A stretch of 64,000 nt of DNA from Microcoleus sp. (GTDB lineage Bacteria > Cyanobacteriota > Cyanobacteriia > Cyanobacteriales > Microcoleaceae). A program made the translations under genes and the position numbers. Below the pieces are notes generated by a model. That model was not told the origin of the DNA, made no database searches, and saw only the letters and a list, made by a program, of their open reading frames with translations. Below are positions 40,582 to 51,406 of the stretch, one piece after another (the stretch's first letter is position 1; every line of letters begins with the position of its first letter). Where the stretch lies: assembly GCA_042408215.1 (NCBI GenBank), contig JAYFMW010000005.1, forward strand, positions 160,001 through 224,000. Direction: 5' to 3'.

Positions 40582-42582
40582 CTAAGCAGCTCTGCGGCCG
40601 GAATCGAGTATAACTTCGGCCATCGTGAAATCCCGTTTAATTTTCAGATTGTTGAGGTAGCCAATCGGATCGTCAGCATTAAACACCGAACCATCAAATA
40701 AAGGGAGAGAACCGCGATTGTAAGTAATATCCGACATCCCCAACTCTCGCGCCGCCGTGCTGAACGCGCCGACTCGCACAACCCGCTCCAGAATTTCCAC
40801 CCAATTGCGCGGGAAAACAGTATCGCCCCAGCGCGCCATCTGCACCATGTGCCACAGTTGTTCAGTGCGACTCGGACGATTCACCCCGTCTCCGCAGAAC
40901 AAGTGGTGGGCGTATTCCCGCATCGGACTATCGAGGTTACAAGCAACAGAGCTGGGGTCGCCGAGTTGGATGTAACTCTTGTCGGTGGCGACATACTCCC
41001 GTCCCGCCACAATTTCCGAAACCTCGGCGGCGTGAGCTGGATCGGCACAATAGTGAGAAGCTTCCAGCAAAGCTTTGACCAGAGCAATGTGAGTGTTTGG
41101 GTAAGCAGTCGCCCAGTCTTCCCGCACCCCCAGAATTTTCGCGGGATGTCCGGGCCAGAGTTCCAAATCTGTCGCGACTGTAAAGCCGACTCCTTCCATA
41201 GAGGCCCGCAAGTTCCAAGGTTCGCCGACGCAGAAACCGTCAATAGTGCCGCCCTGCAAGTCAACGATCATCTGAGCCGGAGGGATGTTTTTCAGCAACA
41301 CATCGTGATCCGGGTCAATCCCGCCAGCAGCCAGCCAGTAGCGCAGCAGCAGGTTGTGCATGGAAGAAGGGTGCACGATCGCCATACGGTGAGTTTGGGC
41401 GGGCGTTCTCTGGAGCATTTTTTTAAAGTCAGCCAGAGTGTATATCCCTTCGTCGTAAAAGCGCCTCGCGAGGGTAATTCCGTTGCCATTGCGGCTCATA
41501 GTGAGGGCTGTAACCGTTGGTATCGGCTGCTCTTGATGCCCCCCTAAGCTTAACCACATCGCCATCCCAGAGGGCATTTGGGCTGCGTCTAAGTAACCTC
41601 CAGCGATGCCGTCTACGATGCCGCGCCAACTGGTTTCCCGGACGAGGTGGACTTCATCGAGGCCGTGTTTAGCAAACAAGCCTTTTTCTTTGGCGACAGC
41701 GAGGGGAGCGCAGGCTGCGAGGGGGACAAAGCCGAGTTCGAGGTTGACTTTTTCTAGGCCGTGACGGGCGATCGCCGGTACTTTCCGCGCCCGCAGTTTT
41801 TTCACCCGTTTCTGCTGGTTAAGGAAGTAAATCATTTCGCTGCGTAGAGCGTAGTAGCTGGGATGTGTGACGACTTCCATCCGCTTGCGGGGGCGGGGGA
41901 TGTCCACTTCGAGAATCCCGCCAATCTTCGATTCTGGGCCATTGGTGAGCATGACGATGCGATCGCTCAGCAACACCGCCTCATCCACATCGTGAGTCAC
42001 CATCAGAGCACTAATTTCGTACTCTTGGCAAATTTCCATTAATTTCTCTTGCAAATTGCCGCGAGTCAATGCGTCTAGAGCGCCGAAGGGTTCGTCCAAG
42101 AGTAACAGTTTGGGACGCAGGGCCAAAGCGCGGGCGATCGCCACACGCTGTTTTTGTCCGCCGGAAAGCAATGCGGGCTGTTTCTCCGAGTGAGGGCCCA
42201 AGCCCACCATATCGATGTGTTTTTGAATGATGTCGAGGCGCTCGGCTTGCGGTAAACCGTTCATCACCGAGTCTACGGCTAGAGTAATGTTTTCCCTGAC
42301 TGTCCGCCAAGGAAGCAGCGAATAGTTTTGGAATACTACCATGCGATCGGGGCCTGGTTGGGTAATTCTTTGTCCTTCAATTGTCACCAACCCTTCCGTC
42401 GGCAGATCCAAACCTGCGACCATATTTAGCAGCGTAGATTTGCCGCAGCCAGAGTGTCCAATTAAGGAAATAAATTCGCCTTTTTCAATTTCCAGATCGA
42501 TGCCTTTGAGGGCAACATATTTGCCACCATCTGACAAATTAAAAACTTTTTCGAGTTGTTCTACCGCAATCAAAACAGACAT
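40582..42582 (-). CDS. cmpC: Bicarbonate ABC transporter ATP-binding subunit with C-terminal NrtA-like domain
   Basis: ABC domain fused to a binding-protein-like domain; operon context. Confidence 0.87.
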   Translation of the reverse strand: MSVLIAVEQLEKVFNLSDGGKYVALKGIDLEIEKGEFISLIGHSGCGKSTLLNMVAGLDLPTEGLVTIEGQRITQPGPDRMVVFQNYSLLPWRTVRENITLAVDSVMNGLPQAERLDIIQKHIDMVGLGPHSEKQPALLSGGQKQRVAIARALALRPKLLLLDEPFGALDALTRGNLQEKLMEICQEYEISALMVTHDVDEAVLLSDRIVMLTNGPESKIGGILEVDIPRPRKRMEVVTHPSYYALRSEMIYFLNQQKRVKKLRARKVPAIARHGLEKVNLELGFVPLAACAPLAVAKEKGLFAKHGLDEVHLVRETSWRGIVDGIAGGYLDAAQMPSGMAMWLSLGGHQEQPIPTVTALTMSRNGNGITLARRFYDEGIYTLADFKKMLQRTPAQTHRMAIVHPSSMHNLLLRYWLAAGGIDPDHDVLLKNIPPAQMIVDLQGGTIDGFCVGEPWNLRASMEGVGFTVATDLELWPGHPAKILGVREDWATAYPNTHIALVKALLEASHYCADPAHAAEVSEIVAGREYVATDKSYIQLGDPSSVACNLDSPMREYAHHLFCGDGVNRPSRTEQLWHMVQMARWGDTVFPRNWVEILERVVRVGAFSTAARELGMSDITYNRGSLPLFDGSVFNADDPIGYLNNLKIKRDFTMAEVILDSGRRAA

Positions 42583-42639
42583 GATCTTCTTGCCTTTTTT
42601 GTAGGTTTGTTATTTCGATAGATGTCGCTTTTAGTCGAG

Positions 42640-42793
42640 TCTAGAAACCCCTAAATCCCCCTTAATAAATGGAGTAGGGGTTGACTTTGATCCATTTCCG
42701 GTTCCCCCCTTCTTAAGGGGGGTTAGGGGGGATCTGGGCCTAATCATCAAACAGCAGACCGGTATTACCTTTGACGTTAAGTTGTCACCAATA
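42640..42793. mobile_element. Partial MITE copy inside the cmp operon
   Basis: CCCTAAATCCCCCTTAATA...AAACAGCAG...GTTAAGTTGTCACCAAT right end. Confidence 0.6.
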
Positions 42794-42933
42794 GCCAGAG
42801 CCTGGAAGTAGAAATACTTTTACCCCCTTCCGGTAAAAGATGATCTACTTCTTCCCTCTTCTTCCTTCGTGTCCTTCGCGTCTTCGCGGTTAAATAATCC
42901 TAATTCTTCCGGCCCAAAAGAAGTAACTAAAAA

Positions 42934-43779
42934 CTACTTTCCTTGAGAAGGAGCAATCTTTTGCTGCAACCAAGCCATCATGCGATCGAGCATCAAACCC
43001 ACCGCCCCAATGTAGAACACCGCTAACAGAATTTCGCTGATGTAGTTTTGCTGGTAAGCATTCCAAATAAAGAAGCCAATACCAGTAATCCCCGACATCA
43101 CAATTTCCGCAGCAATAATCGCCAGCCAAGCCAAACCGATCGCAATTCTCAATCCTGTGAAGATATAAGGAAGCGCTGACGGAAACAAGATATTGATGTA
43201 ATACTCCTGACGAGAAAGTTGCAGCACTTTCGCAACGTTGTTATAGTCATCAGGAATTTGGCGGACACCTTCCGCCGTGTTGATCAAAATCGGCCAAACT
43301 GAAGTGATAAAAATCACGAACAAAGCAGCAGGTTCATTTTGTTGTAATGCAGCCAGGGCGATCGGCACCCAAGCCAAAGGAGCCACCATCCGCAAAAACT
43401 GAAAAATCGGATCTAAAGCCTTATTTAGAAAAGGATTTGTACCTACCACAACCCCCATGCCAATTCCCACGATCGCAGCGAGAGTGTAGCCTTTGGCCAC
43501 CCGTTCCAAACTCGCCAAAGTCTGCCAAAATAAGCCGACTCCGTAGGTTTTGGAATTCATGAAAGGATACAACAACAAGATCCGCGTCCGTTCATCAGTC
43601 CAAACGCTAGTCGGCCCCGGTAATTTGATAATTCCCGAACTTGACAGGAATTGCCAAACAAACAGAAATCCAATTAATCCCCAAATTGGCGGCAAGATAT
43701 TCTGGGAATTCTTCTTCCAAAATTCGCCAAAAGCTCCTTGGACATTGACTCCGCCCTTTCGACTTGTGCTTACAGCCAT
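42934..43779 (-). CDS. cmpB: Bicarbonate ABC transporter permease
   Basis: PLAWVPI, WPILINT and GLRIAIGLAWLAIIAAE motifs. Confidence 0.87.
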   Translation of the reverse strand: MAVSTSRKGGVNVQGAFGEFWKKNSQNILPPIWGLIGFLFVWQFLSSSGIIKLPGPTSVWTDERTRILLLYPFMNSKTYGVGLFWQTLASLERVAKGYTLAAIVGIGMGVVVGTNPFLNKALDPIFQFLRMVAPLAWVPIALAALQQNEPAALFVIFITSVWPILINTAEGVRQIPDDYNNVAKVLQLSRQEYYINILFPSALPYIFTGLRIAIGLAWLAIIAAEIVMSGITGIGFFIWNAYQQNYISEILLAVFYIGAVGLMLDRMMAWLQQKIAPSQGK

Positions 43780-43872
43780 GCTGCTAATCTCCTATGTTTC
43801 TGCTGTTTGTTTGCGAGACTAATTTTTCGAGACCAAATTTTCGAGACTAAATTATGGGAAGCTAAGACCCCA

Positions 43873-45273
43873 TCACACTTTTTTAATGACCAAACTCTTG
43901 AGATAAGCTTCTGGACTATCTGGGTTGAATTCTGTGCCATCAAAGAACTTCTCAATGCCACGAGACGTACTTTTCGGAATGTCGGCATCAGCAACTCCAG
44001 CTAATTTGGCTGCTTTTTTCCAGATATCTGCGCGGTTGACTTTACCGATTAGTGTCTTTTTGTCTGCCAAGGTTTTTGTCGGTAAGAAACCCCAGCGAAC
44101 ACTCTCGGTTAAGAACCACAAATCGTGACTTGCGTAAGGATAAGAAACGTTACCGACGCCATCGTTCCAGTACAGCGGGCCCATTTTGAAGTCGTTGATG
44201 TCTGGTTTGCTGTCGCCCATGGCATACTTGCCTTCATAGGGCGGTGTCAAAACTAGCGGAGATACGTCAAAGAAGCCTTTACCAGAAACGATCGCCACCA
44301 ATTCAGCTCGATGTTCGGGCTTGTCACACCATTGCTGCGCTTCCATTAGTCCTGCTAGCAGGGCTTCGGTGGCTTTCGGGTGTTTGTCTACCCAGTCGCC
44401 GCGAATTGCTAGATATTCCTCTGGGTGAGCTTTCCAGATTTCGGCAGTCAGGGCTGACATGAAGCCGATTTTTTCTTTGACGATTCGCAGGGGCCAAGGA
44501 TCGCCGGTGCTGAAACCGTCCATACTGCCGGTTTTCATGTTGGCCACGGTTTGGGCTGCCGGTACTGTTAGCAAGCTGACATCTGTATCGGGATTGATGC
44601 CGTTAGCGGCTAACCAGTAGCGAATCCACAAATCCTGGTTAACTTTGGGGAAGGTGTAGGCTGCCTTGAAGGGAGTGCCTGCTTTGGCTAGACCTTTGAT
44701 ATAGTCCTGGGCAGCTTGGTCTAGTTTAAGTCCGATGCCTTTGCCTTCGTGTTTGGACGCGATCGCAATTCCATTTCCCTGAGTGTTCAACTGAGCCAGA
44801 ACATACATCGGAAGTCCGTCTTTGTTCTTGGTGATCAGGCCTTTACTAATTAGATAAGGCATCGGCATTTGCCACTGGCCGCCGTCTATACCACCGCCTG
44901 CCGATCCGATTTCTACGTTATCTCTGGCGGAGCCCCAGTTAGCTTGCTTAGCAACTGTGACCTCAGTCATGCCGTATTTGGCAAAAAAGCCTTTTTCTTG
45001 GGCAATGATTAAAGGTGCTGCTTCGACGATCGGGATATATCCCAATGTGATTTTAGTGCTTTCAATTCCTTCTACTCTTTTCTCGTTGGCAACAGCAACT
45101 ACTGAGGTGGCCGCAGGCGCTGTCCCTGCGCCAGCAGTGGCACCAGTGCCAGCACTAGCGCCCGGTTCTGGGGGATTTCCCAGACAGCCTTTGAGCAATA
45201 CTGAACTGACGGCAGATGCACCTGCTGTCACGATAAATTTACGTCTGGAAAAATTCTCGGAAAATTTTGTCAT
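43873..45273 (-). CDS. cmpA: Bicarbonate-binding lipoprotein
   Basis: SRRKF...KGCLGNPP signal; [21 protein letters not shown] and HPEEY are CmpA-type (NrtA has HPEK). Confidence 0.9.
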   Translation of the reverse strand: MTKFSENFSRRKFIVTAGASAVSSVLLKGCLGNPPEPGASAGTGATAGAGTAPAATSVVAVANEKRVEGIESTKITLGYIPIVEAAPLIIAQEKGFFAKYGMTEVTVAKQANWGSARDNVEIGSAGGGIDGGQWQMPMPYLISKGLITKNKDGLPMYVLAQLNTQGNGIAIASKHEGKGIGLKLDQAAQDYIKGLAKAGTPFKAAYTFPKVNQDLWIRYWLAANGINPDTDVSLLTVPAAQTVANMKTGSMDGFSTGDPWPLRIVKEKIGFMSALTAEIWKAHPEEYLAIRGDWVDKHPKATEALLAGLMEAQQWCDKPEHRAELVAIVSGKGFFDVSPLVLTPPYEGKYAMGDSKPDINDFKMGPLYWNDGVGNVSYPYASHDLWFLTESVRWGFLPTKTLADKKTLIGKVNRADIWKKAAKLAGVADADIPKSTSRGIEKFFDGTEFNPDSPEAYLKSLVIKKV

Positions 45274-46070
45274 AGCCTAGCCTCGCTGCAAACCTAAATC
45301 TTCTGTAACGACATCACTGAAGTTTATCTAAGCGCTTTTTTTCGAGTTCACTGTTGGACTTTAGCGAACTCTTTTGAGCGGCCGTTGGTAAAGGCGATCG
45401 GAGGACAAGCGACTGGCTCTTCGCCGGCCGGACTGTCCTCTTTGGTTGATTTAAAACCCTCGATCAACTCAATACCTTTGTCAGCTCAATGGTGTTAACT
45501 CAGTTTTTGTGAGTAGCACATTTAAACTTGCTTGATTATTCAGCTTACCGCACTCTGCGTGAAATTCTAAAACAAATATTAAATTTGATTGATAAGTAAA
45601 TATTTTCGGATGCTGCTGTCAATAAGTAACCTTTGTTTGGGCGATCGGGTTTACTTATCAAAAACCTTTCAAACTAAGACTTTCTGGGCAACGGTTGTAG
45701 CTAATGGCGATCCGGGGGCATTCAAATCCATTGTCAATAAGCTGCCAACATCGCTGTCACCTCACATTTACTTTGTTAATATATGTCTATTTTTTTTAAG
45801 CTATCGGTTTACTGTATTCTAGGATACAGAAATAATTGTGGTGAAGTGCATATCTAGTTGGATCGGAATGATTTAACCGCAGAGTACGCAGAGAACGCAG
45901 AGTCAGAGAAGAGAGAGAGATGAATATAGCCTTTCTCAGTAACAGTGCGGTGCTATAGGGCATAGGGCATAGGGCATAGGGCATACCTCACTTTCTTGAG
46001 AACCGCTATAATTCCGGTGCAACCGGAATTGATATGATATCACAACAGAACCCACCCTACCTATTCATTT

Positions 46071-46478
46071 ATGAATCTCACAAAAGGTGCTGCAATAAGA
46101 CTAACAATTCTCTTTGTTTTGCTCGGAATAGGTGGTGCTTATTCATGGCAAATTATGTCAAATCCGGCTTCTTTATCGCAATCTAAATTATTAGAGGACA
46201 TCTATGTAAAGGGCAATTATATTGAAGCATTTATCTGGTTTTGCTTTGCTGTTGGTTTCGCTCTTGATGCCGTGAAAACATCAGGAAAAACCAGAATTCA
46301 TCGCCTGATTACTACCCTGATTTTTTTCTTGTTTGGTTGCTCAGATATTGTCGAAGTACAAACGGGCGCGTGGTGGAGTCCTTGGTGGTTATTTGTTTGG
46401 AAAGTTTCTTGTGGTTTATCTATGATGCTCTTATTTTGGGTTTATTTACGCGATCGCGCCCTTTCTAATAAACCATAA
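46071..46478 (+). CDS. Hypothetical membrane protein
   Basis: About 4 TM segments; FG.SD.VEV.TGAWW.PWWL. Confidence 0.75.
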   Translation: MNLTKGAAIRLTILFVLLGIGGAYSWQIMSNPASLSQSKLLEDIYVKGNYIEAFIWFCFAVGFALDAVKTSGKTRIHRLITTLIFFLFGCSDIVEVQTGAWWSPWWLFVWKVSCGLSMMLLFWVYLRDRALSNKP

Positions 46479-46621
46479 ATTTTCTGGTCGGTAAGAGGGG
46501 GCGGGTTTACGGGATGCTGAGTTTTAAACATAGATGGTTGGTAAAACCCGCCCCTAGGAGTGCTCTAAAACCGAGAAACCTGGTTTCTTGAAGAAACCCA
46601 GTTTCTGAAAGCCCGGTACTT

Positions 46622-49387
46622 TTAGTTCGGCGGGTCAAAGCGGTTGACGGAGAGAGCAACACCGATCATTGGTAGCGCGACGCCGAAGCAAATTAGCCAC
46701 TGATCCAGATTCATCGGAGCCGTCTCAAATATGCTATTGATAAACGGAGAATTAGCAAAGATAATCTGCAAAATTATCGCCAAAACAATTCCGACACCGA
46801 GGGCGGGAGCGCCGCTAACTTCTTTCTTAGAACCGCTAAATTTAGCAATCAAAGAAGGTAACAACTGGCTGAGACTCAACAGGTAAAAAATTCTCCCCAT
46901 TACCAAGGCTTGAATGGCCATCGTGCGGGCGAGTTGGATCGTCCCCCAATCCGCTTGGCGTACCCATTCAAACATTCCGAAAATCAGAGTCCAGTTGTAT
47001 AGAGAAATAGCGATGATCCGCTTGATCCGATTTGCAGTCAGTAAAGGTTCATTGGCCGGTCGGGGCTGTTGTTGCATGACTCCCGCTGACTTGGGCTCGA
47101 AAGCCAGGGGCACAGTCATCGTAATCGAGTTGAGCATATTCAGCCAGAGAATTTGCAGCGACAAAATCGGCAATTCTCGACCGAGGAGGGTGCTGAGCAA
47201 GATTGTCATTGACTCCCCGCCGTTGACTGGGAGAATGAAGCTGATTGCTTTGAGCAGATTTTTGTAGACCGATCGCCCTTCTTCGACAGCAGATTCGATC
47301 GACGCAAAGTTATCATCGGTGAGGATCATGTCGGCGGCTTCCTTTGAAACTTCGGTACCGCTACCCATCGCAATCCCGATATCCGCTTGTTTGAGCGCCG
47401 GCGCATCGTTAACGCCGTCTCCCGTCATCGCCACAATTTCGCCTTTTTGCTGCAAAGCTTCCACGAGGCGGAGTTTTTGTTCTGGGGCGACGCGGGCAAA
47501 AACTGAGCCTGCTGCTACAGCTTCGGCGAGTTCGCTCTTGTTCATTTCGGCGAGCTCGGCGCCGGTGTAGGCTACAAGTTCTCTGTTGTGTTTCGTTTTG
47601 CGGAATCCCATTCGGCGGGCGATCGCCTTGGCTGTAGCGATGTGGTCGCCGGTAATCATTTTGACTTGAATGCCGGCGGTTTGACAAGCTTGGACGGCGG
47701 CGATCGCTTCAGCCCGTGGCGGGTCGATCATACCTTGGAGTCCCAAAAAAATCAGCCCAGATTCCAAATCCGAGTGATCGACGGAATTTTGGTTTTCGGG
47801 TACGGGCTTTTTCGCTAAAGCCAAGACGCGCAAACCTTGCTGCGCCATTTCCTCGACAGAAAGGTGAGTTTGTTCGCGATCGACTTGTACCGGATTTCCT
47901 TGGGTATCGAGACTGGAACCGCAGCGACTGAGAACTGATTCTACGGAACCTTTGACGTACAAAATTTTGCCAGTGGGAGTTTTGTGCAACGTCGCCATGT
48001 ATTGAAACTGCGATTCAAAGGGAATTGAATCCAGTCGCGGCATGGATTTTTCTAAACTTGGCTGACTCAATTCTGCTTTTTTTGCAACAGCAATTAACGC
48101 TCCTTCTGTCGGATCTCCAACGACAATCCAATTATCGTTTTTGAATTCCAGGTGAGAGTCATTGCAAATCAGTCCGGCTTGCAAACATTCTTGCAAAGTT
48201 GGAGCTTGACTGACAGTAATTGGCAGTTGGTTGAGCTGAATTTCACCTTCGGGGCTGTATCCCGTACCCGTAACTGAGTAGGATTCGCCACCAGAATAGA
48301 TTTCTTGCACCGTCATCTGGTTTTCCGTCAAAGTTCCCGTTTTGTCGGAACAGATGACTGTAGCGCCGCCTAGGGTCTCTACAGCGGGCAATTTGCGGAC
48401 GATCGCGTGGCGAGTTGCCATCCGCGAAACGCCCACGGCGAGGGTAACGGTGATGACGGCGGGTAGGCCTTCGGGAATTGCGCCGACAATCAGGGCGACT
48501 GCGGGTTCTACTGCTTCTTTAAAGGCTGAAACTCCCGCAGGGACTGGTCTGCCCAACCTGACGGCGAAGGTCAAGGTTGCCATTCCCAGGACGAATAACA
48601 GCCAGTTTTGACTGAATTCGTTGAATTTGCGGGTTAAGGGGGTGGTGAGATCGATGTGCCGGTCTAATAGTTGGGAGATTTTGCCGGTTTCGGTTTTATT
48701 GGCGATCGCAATTACGATGCCGCTACCTTGGCCAAAAGTTACAAAACTGCCGGCATAGGCCATGTTATCCCGTTCTGCTAGTGGCGTTTCTTCTGGCAGA
48801 ACCAAGTCTCCCGACGTTCCTAATTCTTTTTCGACAGCAACAGATTCCCCAGTAAGTCCTGATTCGTCGATTTGCAAGTCGCGCACTTTAACTAATCGCA
48901 AGTCTGCCGGTACTTTGTCACCGGAAGTCAGGGTTACTAAGTCGCCGACAACAAGTTCTTTCGAGGGAATTTTTAATTTTTTGCCGCCCCGAATGACTGT
49001 AGCTTCGGTGGTGACAGCTTTGGCTAGGGCTTCGATTTTTTTCTCGGCTCCAGCTTCTTGGATGAAACTAATAGTAGCGTTGGTGGTTGTTACGCCCCAA
49101 ATTACGCTGGCATTCAGCCATTCTCCAATCAGTGCTTTGATTAAACCTGCACTCAATAAGATGATCAACAGGGGTTGGTTGAATTGCAGGATGAATTTTA
49201 ACCAGGCGGGTTTCCCTGCTTTAACTGTTAGTTCGTTGGAGCCGAATAGCTGTTGGCGACTAGCGGCTTCTGTCGGTTCTAAACCGCTTTCCAGGTTGGT
49301 TTCTAAGATAGTTGCAACCTTTGATCTTTCTAGGTAGTGCCAATATTGCTCTGCTACGTCTACATCGTTTGCGGCTGTTGCTGGCAT
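46622..49387 (-). CDS. Cation-transporting P-type ATPase (P2A/PacL-like)
   Basis: TGES, PEGLP, DKTGTLT and [11 protein letters not shown] motifs. Confidence 0.95.
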   Translation of the reverse strand: MPATAANDVDVAEQYWHYLERSKVATILETNLESGLEPTEAASRQQLFGSNELTVKAGKPAWLKFILQFNQPLLIILLSAGLIKALIGEWLNASVIWGVTTTNATISFIQEAGAEKKIEALAKAVTTEATVIRGGKKLKIPSKELVVGDLVTLTSGDKVPADLRLVKVRDLQIDESGLTGESVAVEKELGTSGDLVLPEETPLAERDNMAYAGSFVTFGQGSGIVIAIANKTETGKISQLLDRHIDLTTPLTRKFNEFSQNWLLFVLGMATLTFAVRLGRPVPAGVSAFKEAVEPAVALIVGAIPEGLPAVITVTLAVGVSRMATRHAIVRKLPAVETLGGATVICSDKTGTLTENQMTVQEIYSGGESYSVTGTGYSPEGEIQLNQLPITVSQAPTLQECLQAGLICNDSHLEFKNDNWIVVGDPTEGALIAVAKKAELSQPSLEKSMPRLDSIPFESQFQYMATLHKTPTGKILYVKGSVESVLSRCGSSLDTQGNPVQVDREQTHLSVEEMAQQGLRVLALAKKPVPENQNSVDHSDLESGLIFLGLQGMIDPPRAEAIAAVQACQTAGIQVKMITGDHIATAKAIARRMGFRKTKHNRELVAYTGAELAEMNKSELAEAVAAGSVFARVAPEQKLRLVEALQQKGEIVAMTGDGVNDAPALKQADIGIAMGSGTEVSKEAADMILTDDNFASIESAVEEGRSVYKNLLKAISFILPVNGGESMTILLSTLLGRELPILSLQILWLNMLNSITMTVPLAFEPKSAGVMQQQPRPANEPLLTANRIKRIIAISLYNWTLIFGMFEWVRQADWGTIQLARTMAIQALVMGRIFYLLSLSQLLPSLIAKFSGSKKEVSGAPALGVGIVLAIILQIIFANSPFINSIFETAPMNLDQWLICFGVALPMIGVALSVNRFDPPN

Positions 49388-49671
49388 GATTCTTCCTGAA
49401 TATTTTGGTAGGCTTCGGGCGAGCTTTTATAGCTCCTGAATGGGCGCGCTGAATACAACTCCTCGCTGGTTGGAGCGTGAATATATTGAGCGACTTAATT
49501 GTTTGTTATTTAGTTTTACGGGCTGTGACTTAGATCAATATTACAAGGGATCGGTCCGTCTGTGGCAATAGATTTTGGGAATTCTTTTCGGCGCTAAATC
49601 TTTTTTGGGACTTGGCGGCTAAGGTGAGAAAAAGTTGCTCAGATCCTTGACATTTTGCAGATTTTAGTTGT

Positions 49672-50005
49672 GATTGAGGAACGAAACCCAAACATCGTCA
49701 AATTCTCTCCCCCTCTCTTCCTCTCTCCCACTCTTGATTTTTGGGTGCAAGTCGATCGCCAGAGTGTTAAAACCTAGTTAAGCAACCATATTCTGAACTT
49801 ATGGAAATACTTGTGACGCTGGTGCTGGGTTCGGTGCTGTTGCTCTGGGGAATGGGTTCGGAAAGCTGTTAGTTCGATCGTCCGTTACTGCTAATGATTT
49901 GTTTAAGGGCAGAAATTCGATCGCCCAGGCTGTAGCGATGCGATCGCCTGCGATCGTTTTGACTTGGATGCCGGCGGTTTGACAAGCTGGGACGGCTGCG
50001 ATCGC
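49672..50005. pseudogene. Chimeric duplication: promoter and 5' end of the C39 gene joined to an 88-bp ATPase fragment
   Basis: ~49672-49926 matches ~54531-54786, and 49918-50005 matches 47620-47707. Confidence 0.85.
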
Positions 50006-50067
50006 AATTCAAGACTCAATGTTATCAATTGCTAGTCTGCTAGCCCAAAAGACCGATCGCCATTTAC

Positions 50068-51406
50068 CAAAAAGCTGGGTCTAAAGCCCCGTCCTTATAG
50101 GACGGCTTTAATTTCTCCAGAACTCTGTTATAGTCTTTATATTCACTCACTCGACGTAAATGTTAGTATTTGAAGCCAAGCTAGAAGGGAAAAGCGAGCA
50201 GTACGAACGGCTAGACGAAGCCATTCGTACTGCTCGCTTCATTCGTAATAGCTGCATCAGGTACTGGATGGATACCCCAGGGGTAGGTCGCTACGACTTA
50301 AGCGCTTATTGCGTAGTTCTTGCCAAAGAATTTCCTTGGGCCAGTAAGCTCAACTCAATGGCAAGGCAAGCTTCTGCTGAAAGAGCTTGGTCAGCGATTG
50401 CACGATTCTTCGACAACTGCAAGAAGGCAAAACCAGGAAAGAAAGGTTTTCCGCACTTCAAAAAGCATGAAACGCACGGTTCTGTTGAATACAAGACCTG
50501 TGGGTGGAAGCTTTCTGAAGACCGACGAAATATAACTTTCACTGATGGATTTAAAGCCGGAATTTTTAAATTATGGGGAACTCGTGACCTACATTTCTAT
50601 CAGCTAAGTCAAGTTAAACGAGTGCGCGTAGTTCGTCGAGCCGATGGCTACTACGTGCAATTTTGTATTGACGCTGAACGAAACGAAAAGCGGGAGCCGA
50701 CCGGAAAAACAATCGGTTTGGATGTAGGGCTAACTCATTTCTACACAGACTCTGACGGTAATACCGTAGAGAACCCGCGCCATCTAAGAAAGTCCGAAAG
50801 ATCGTTAAAAAAGCTTAATCGTAGACTTTCTCGAACGCAGAAAGGTTCTAAAAATAGAGCTAAGGCTCGAAATCGTTTAAGTAGAAAACACCTCAAGGTA
50901 AGCAGGCGGCGTAAAGACTTTGCTGTGAAATTAGCAAGGTGCGTAGTCCAGTCTAACGACTTGGTAGCCTATGAAGACTTGCAGGTGCGTAACATGGTCA
51001 AAAACAAAAAGCTATCCAAGTCGATATCAGATGCGGCTTGGACAGCTTTTAGAAATTGGATTGAATATTTTGGCAAAGTGTTTGGGGTGGCAACTGTTGC
51101 AGTACCGCCACACTATACAAGTCAAAATTGTTCTAGTTGTGGGAAAGTGGCGAAAAAGTCATTAAGTCAAAGAACACATATTTGTCCACATTGTGGATTC
51201 GTTTTAGACCGAGATTGGAACGCCGCTCGCAACATATTAGAACTTGGATTGCGTACCGTGGGGCACACGGAAACCTCAAACGCCTCTGGAGATATCGACA
51301 AGAGTTTGAATGAGGAAACTCTTTTAAATAAGTCGGATCGCCGAAAGAGGAAGCCTAAACAGTGATGTTTAGAATCACCGTGGCTTCAGCCCGGTGAGAA
51401 TGTCAA
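50068..51406 (+). mobile_element. IS200/IS605-group TnpB-only element
   Basis: Follows TTAC (50064-50067); left end GGGTCTAAAGCCCCGTCCTTATAGGACGGCTTT; ends TGTCAA. Confidence 0.88.
50160..51365 (+). CDS. tnpB: RNA-guided endonuclease TnpB
   Basis: GLDVG, AYEDL and DRDWNAA; CSSC/CPHC Zn ribbon. Confidence 0.95.
   Translation: MLVFEAKLEGKSEQYERLDEAIRTARFIRNSCIRYWMDTPGVGRYDLSAYCVVLAKEFPWASKLNSMARQASAERAWSAIARFFDNCKKAKPGKKGFPHFKKHETHGSVEYKTCGWKLSEDRRNITFTDGFKAGIFKLWGTRDLHFYQLSQVKRVRVVRRADGYYVQFCIDAERNEKREPTGKTIGLDVGLTHFYTDSDGNTVENPRHLRKSERSLKKLNRRLSRTQKGSKNRAKARNRLSRKHLKVSRRRKDFAVKLARCVVQSNDLVAYEDLQVRNMVKNKKLSKSISDAAWTAFRNWIEYFGKVFGVATVAVPPHYTSQNCSSCGKVAKKSLSQRTHICPHCGFVLDRDWNAARNILELGLRTVGHTETSNASGDIDKSLNEETLLNKSDRRKRKPKQ

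Noticed and set aside
39458..45273. Nitrate transporter nrtABCD
   Set aside because: The binding protein has CmpA signatures ([16 protein letters not shown]), and there is no adjacent nirA or narB.
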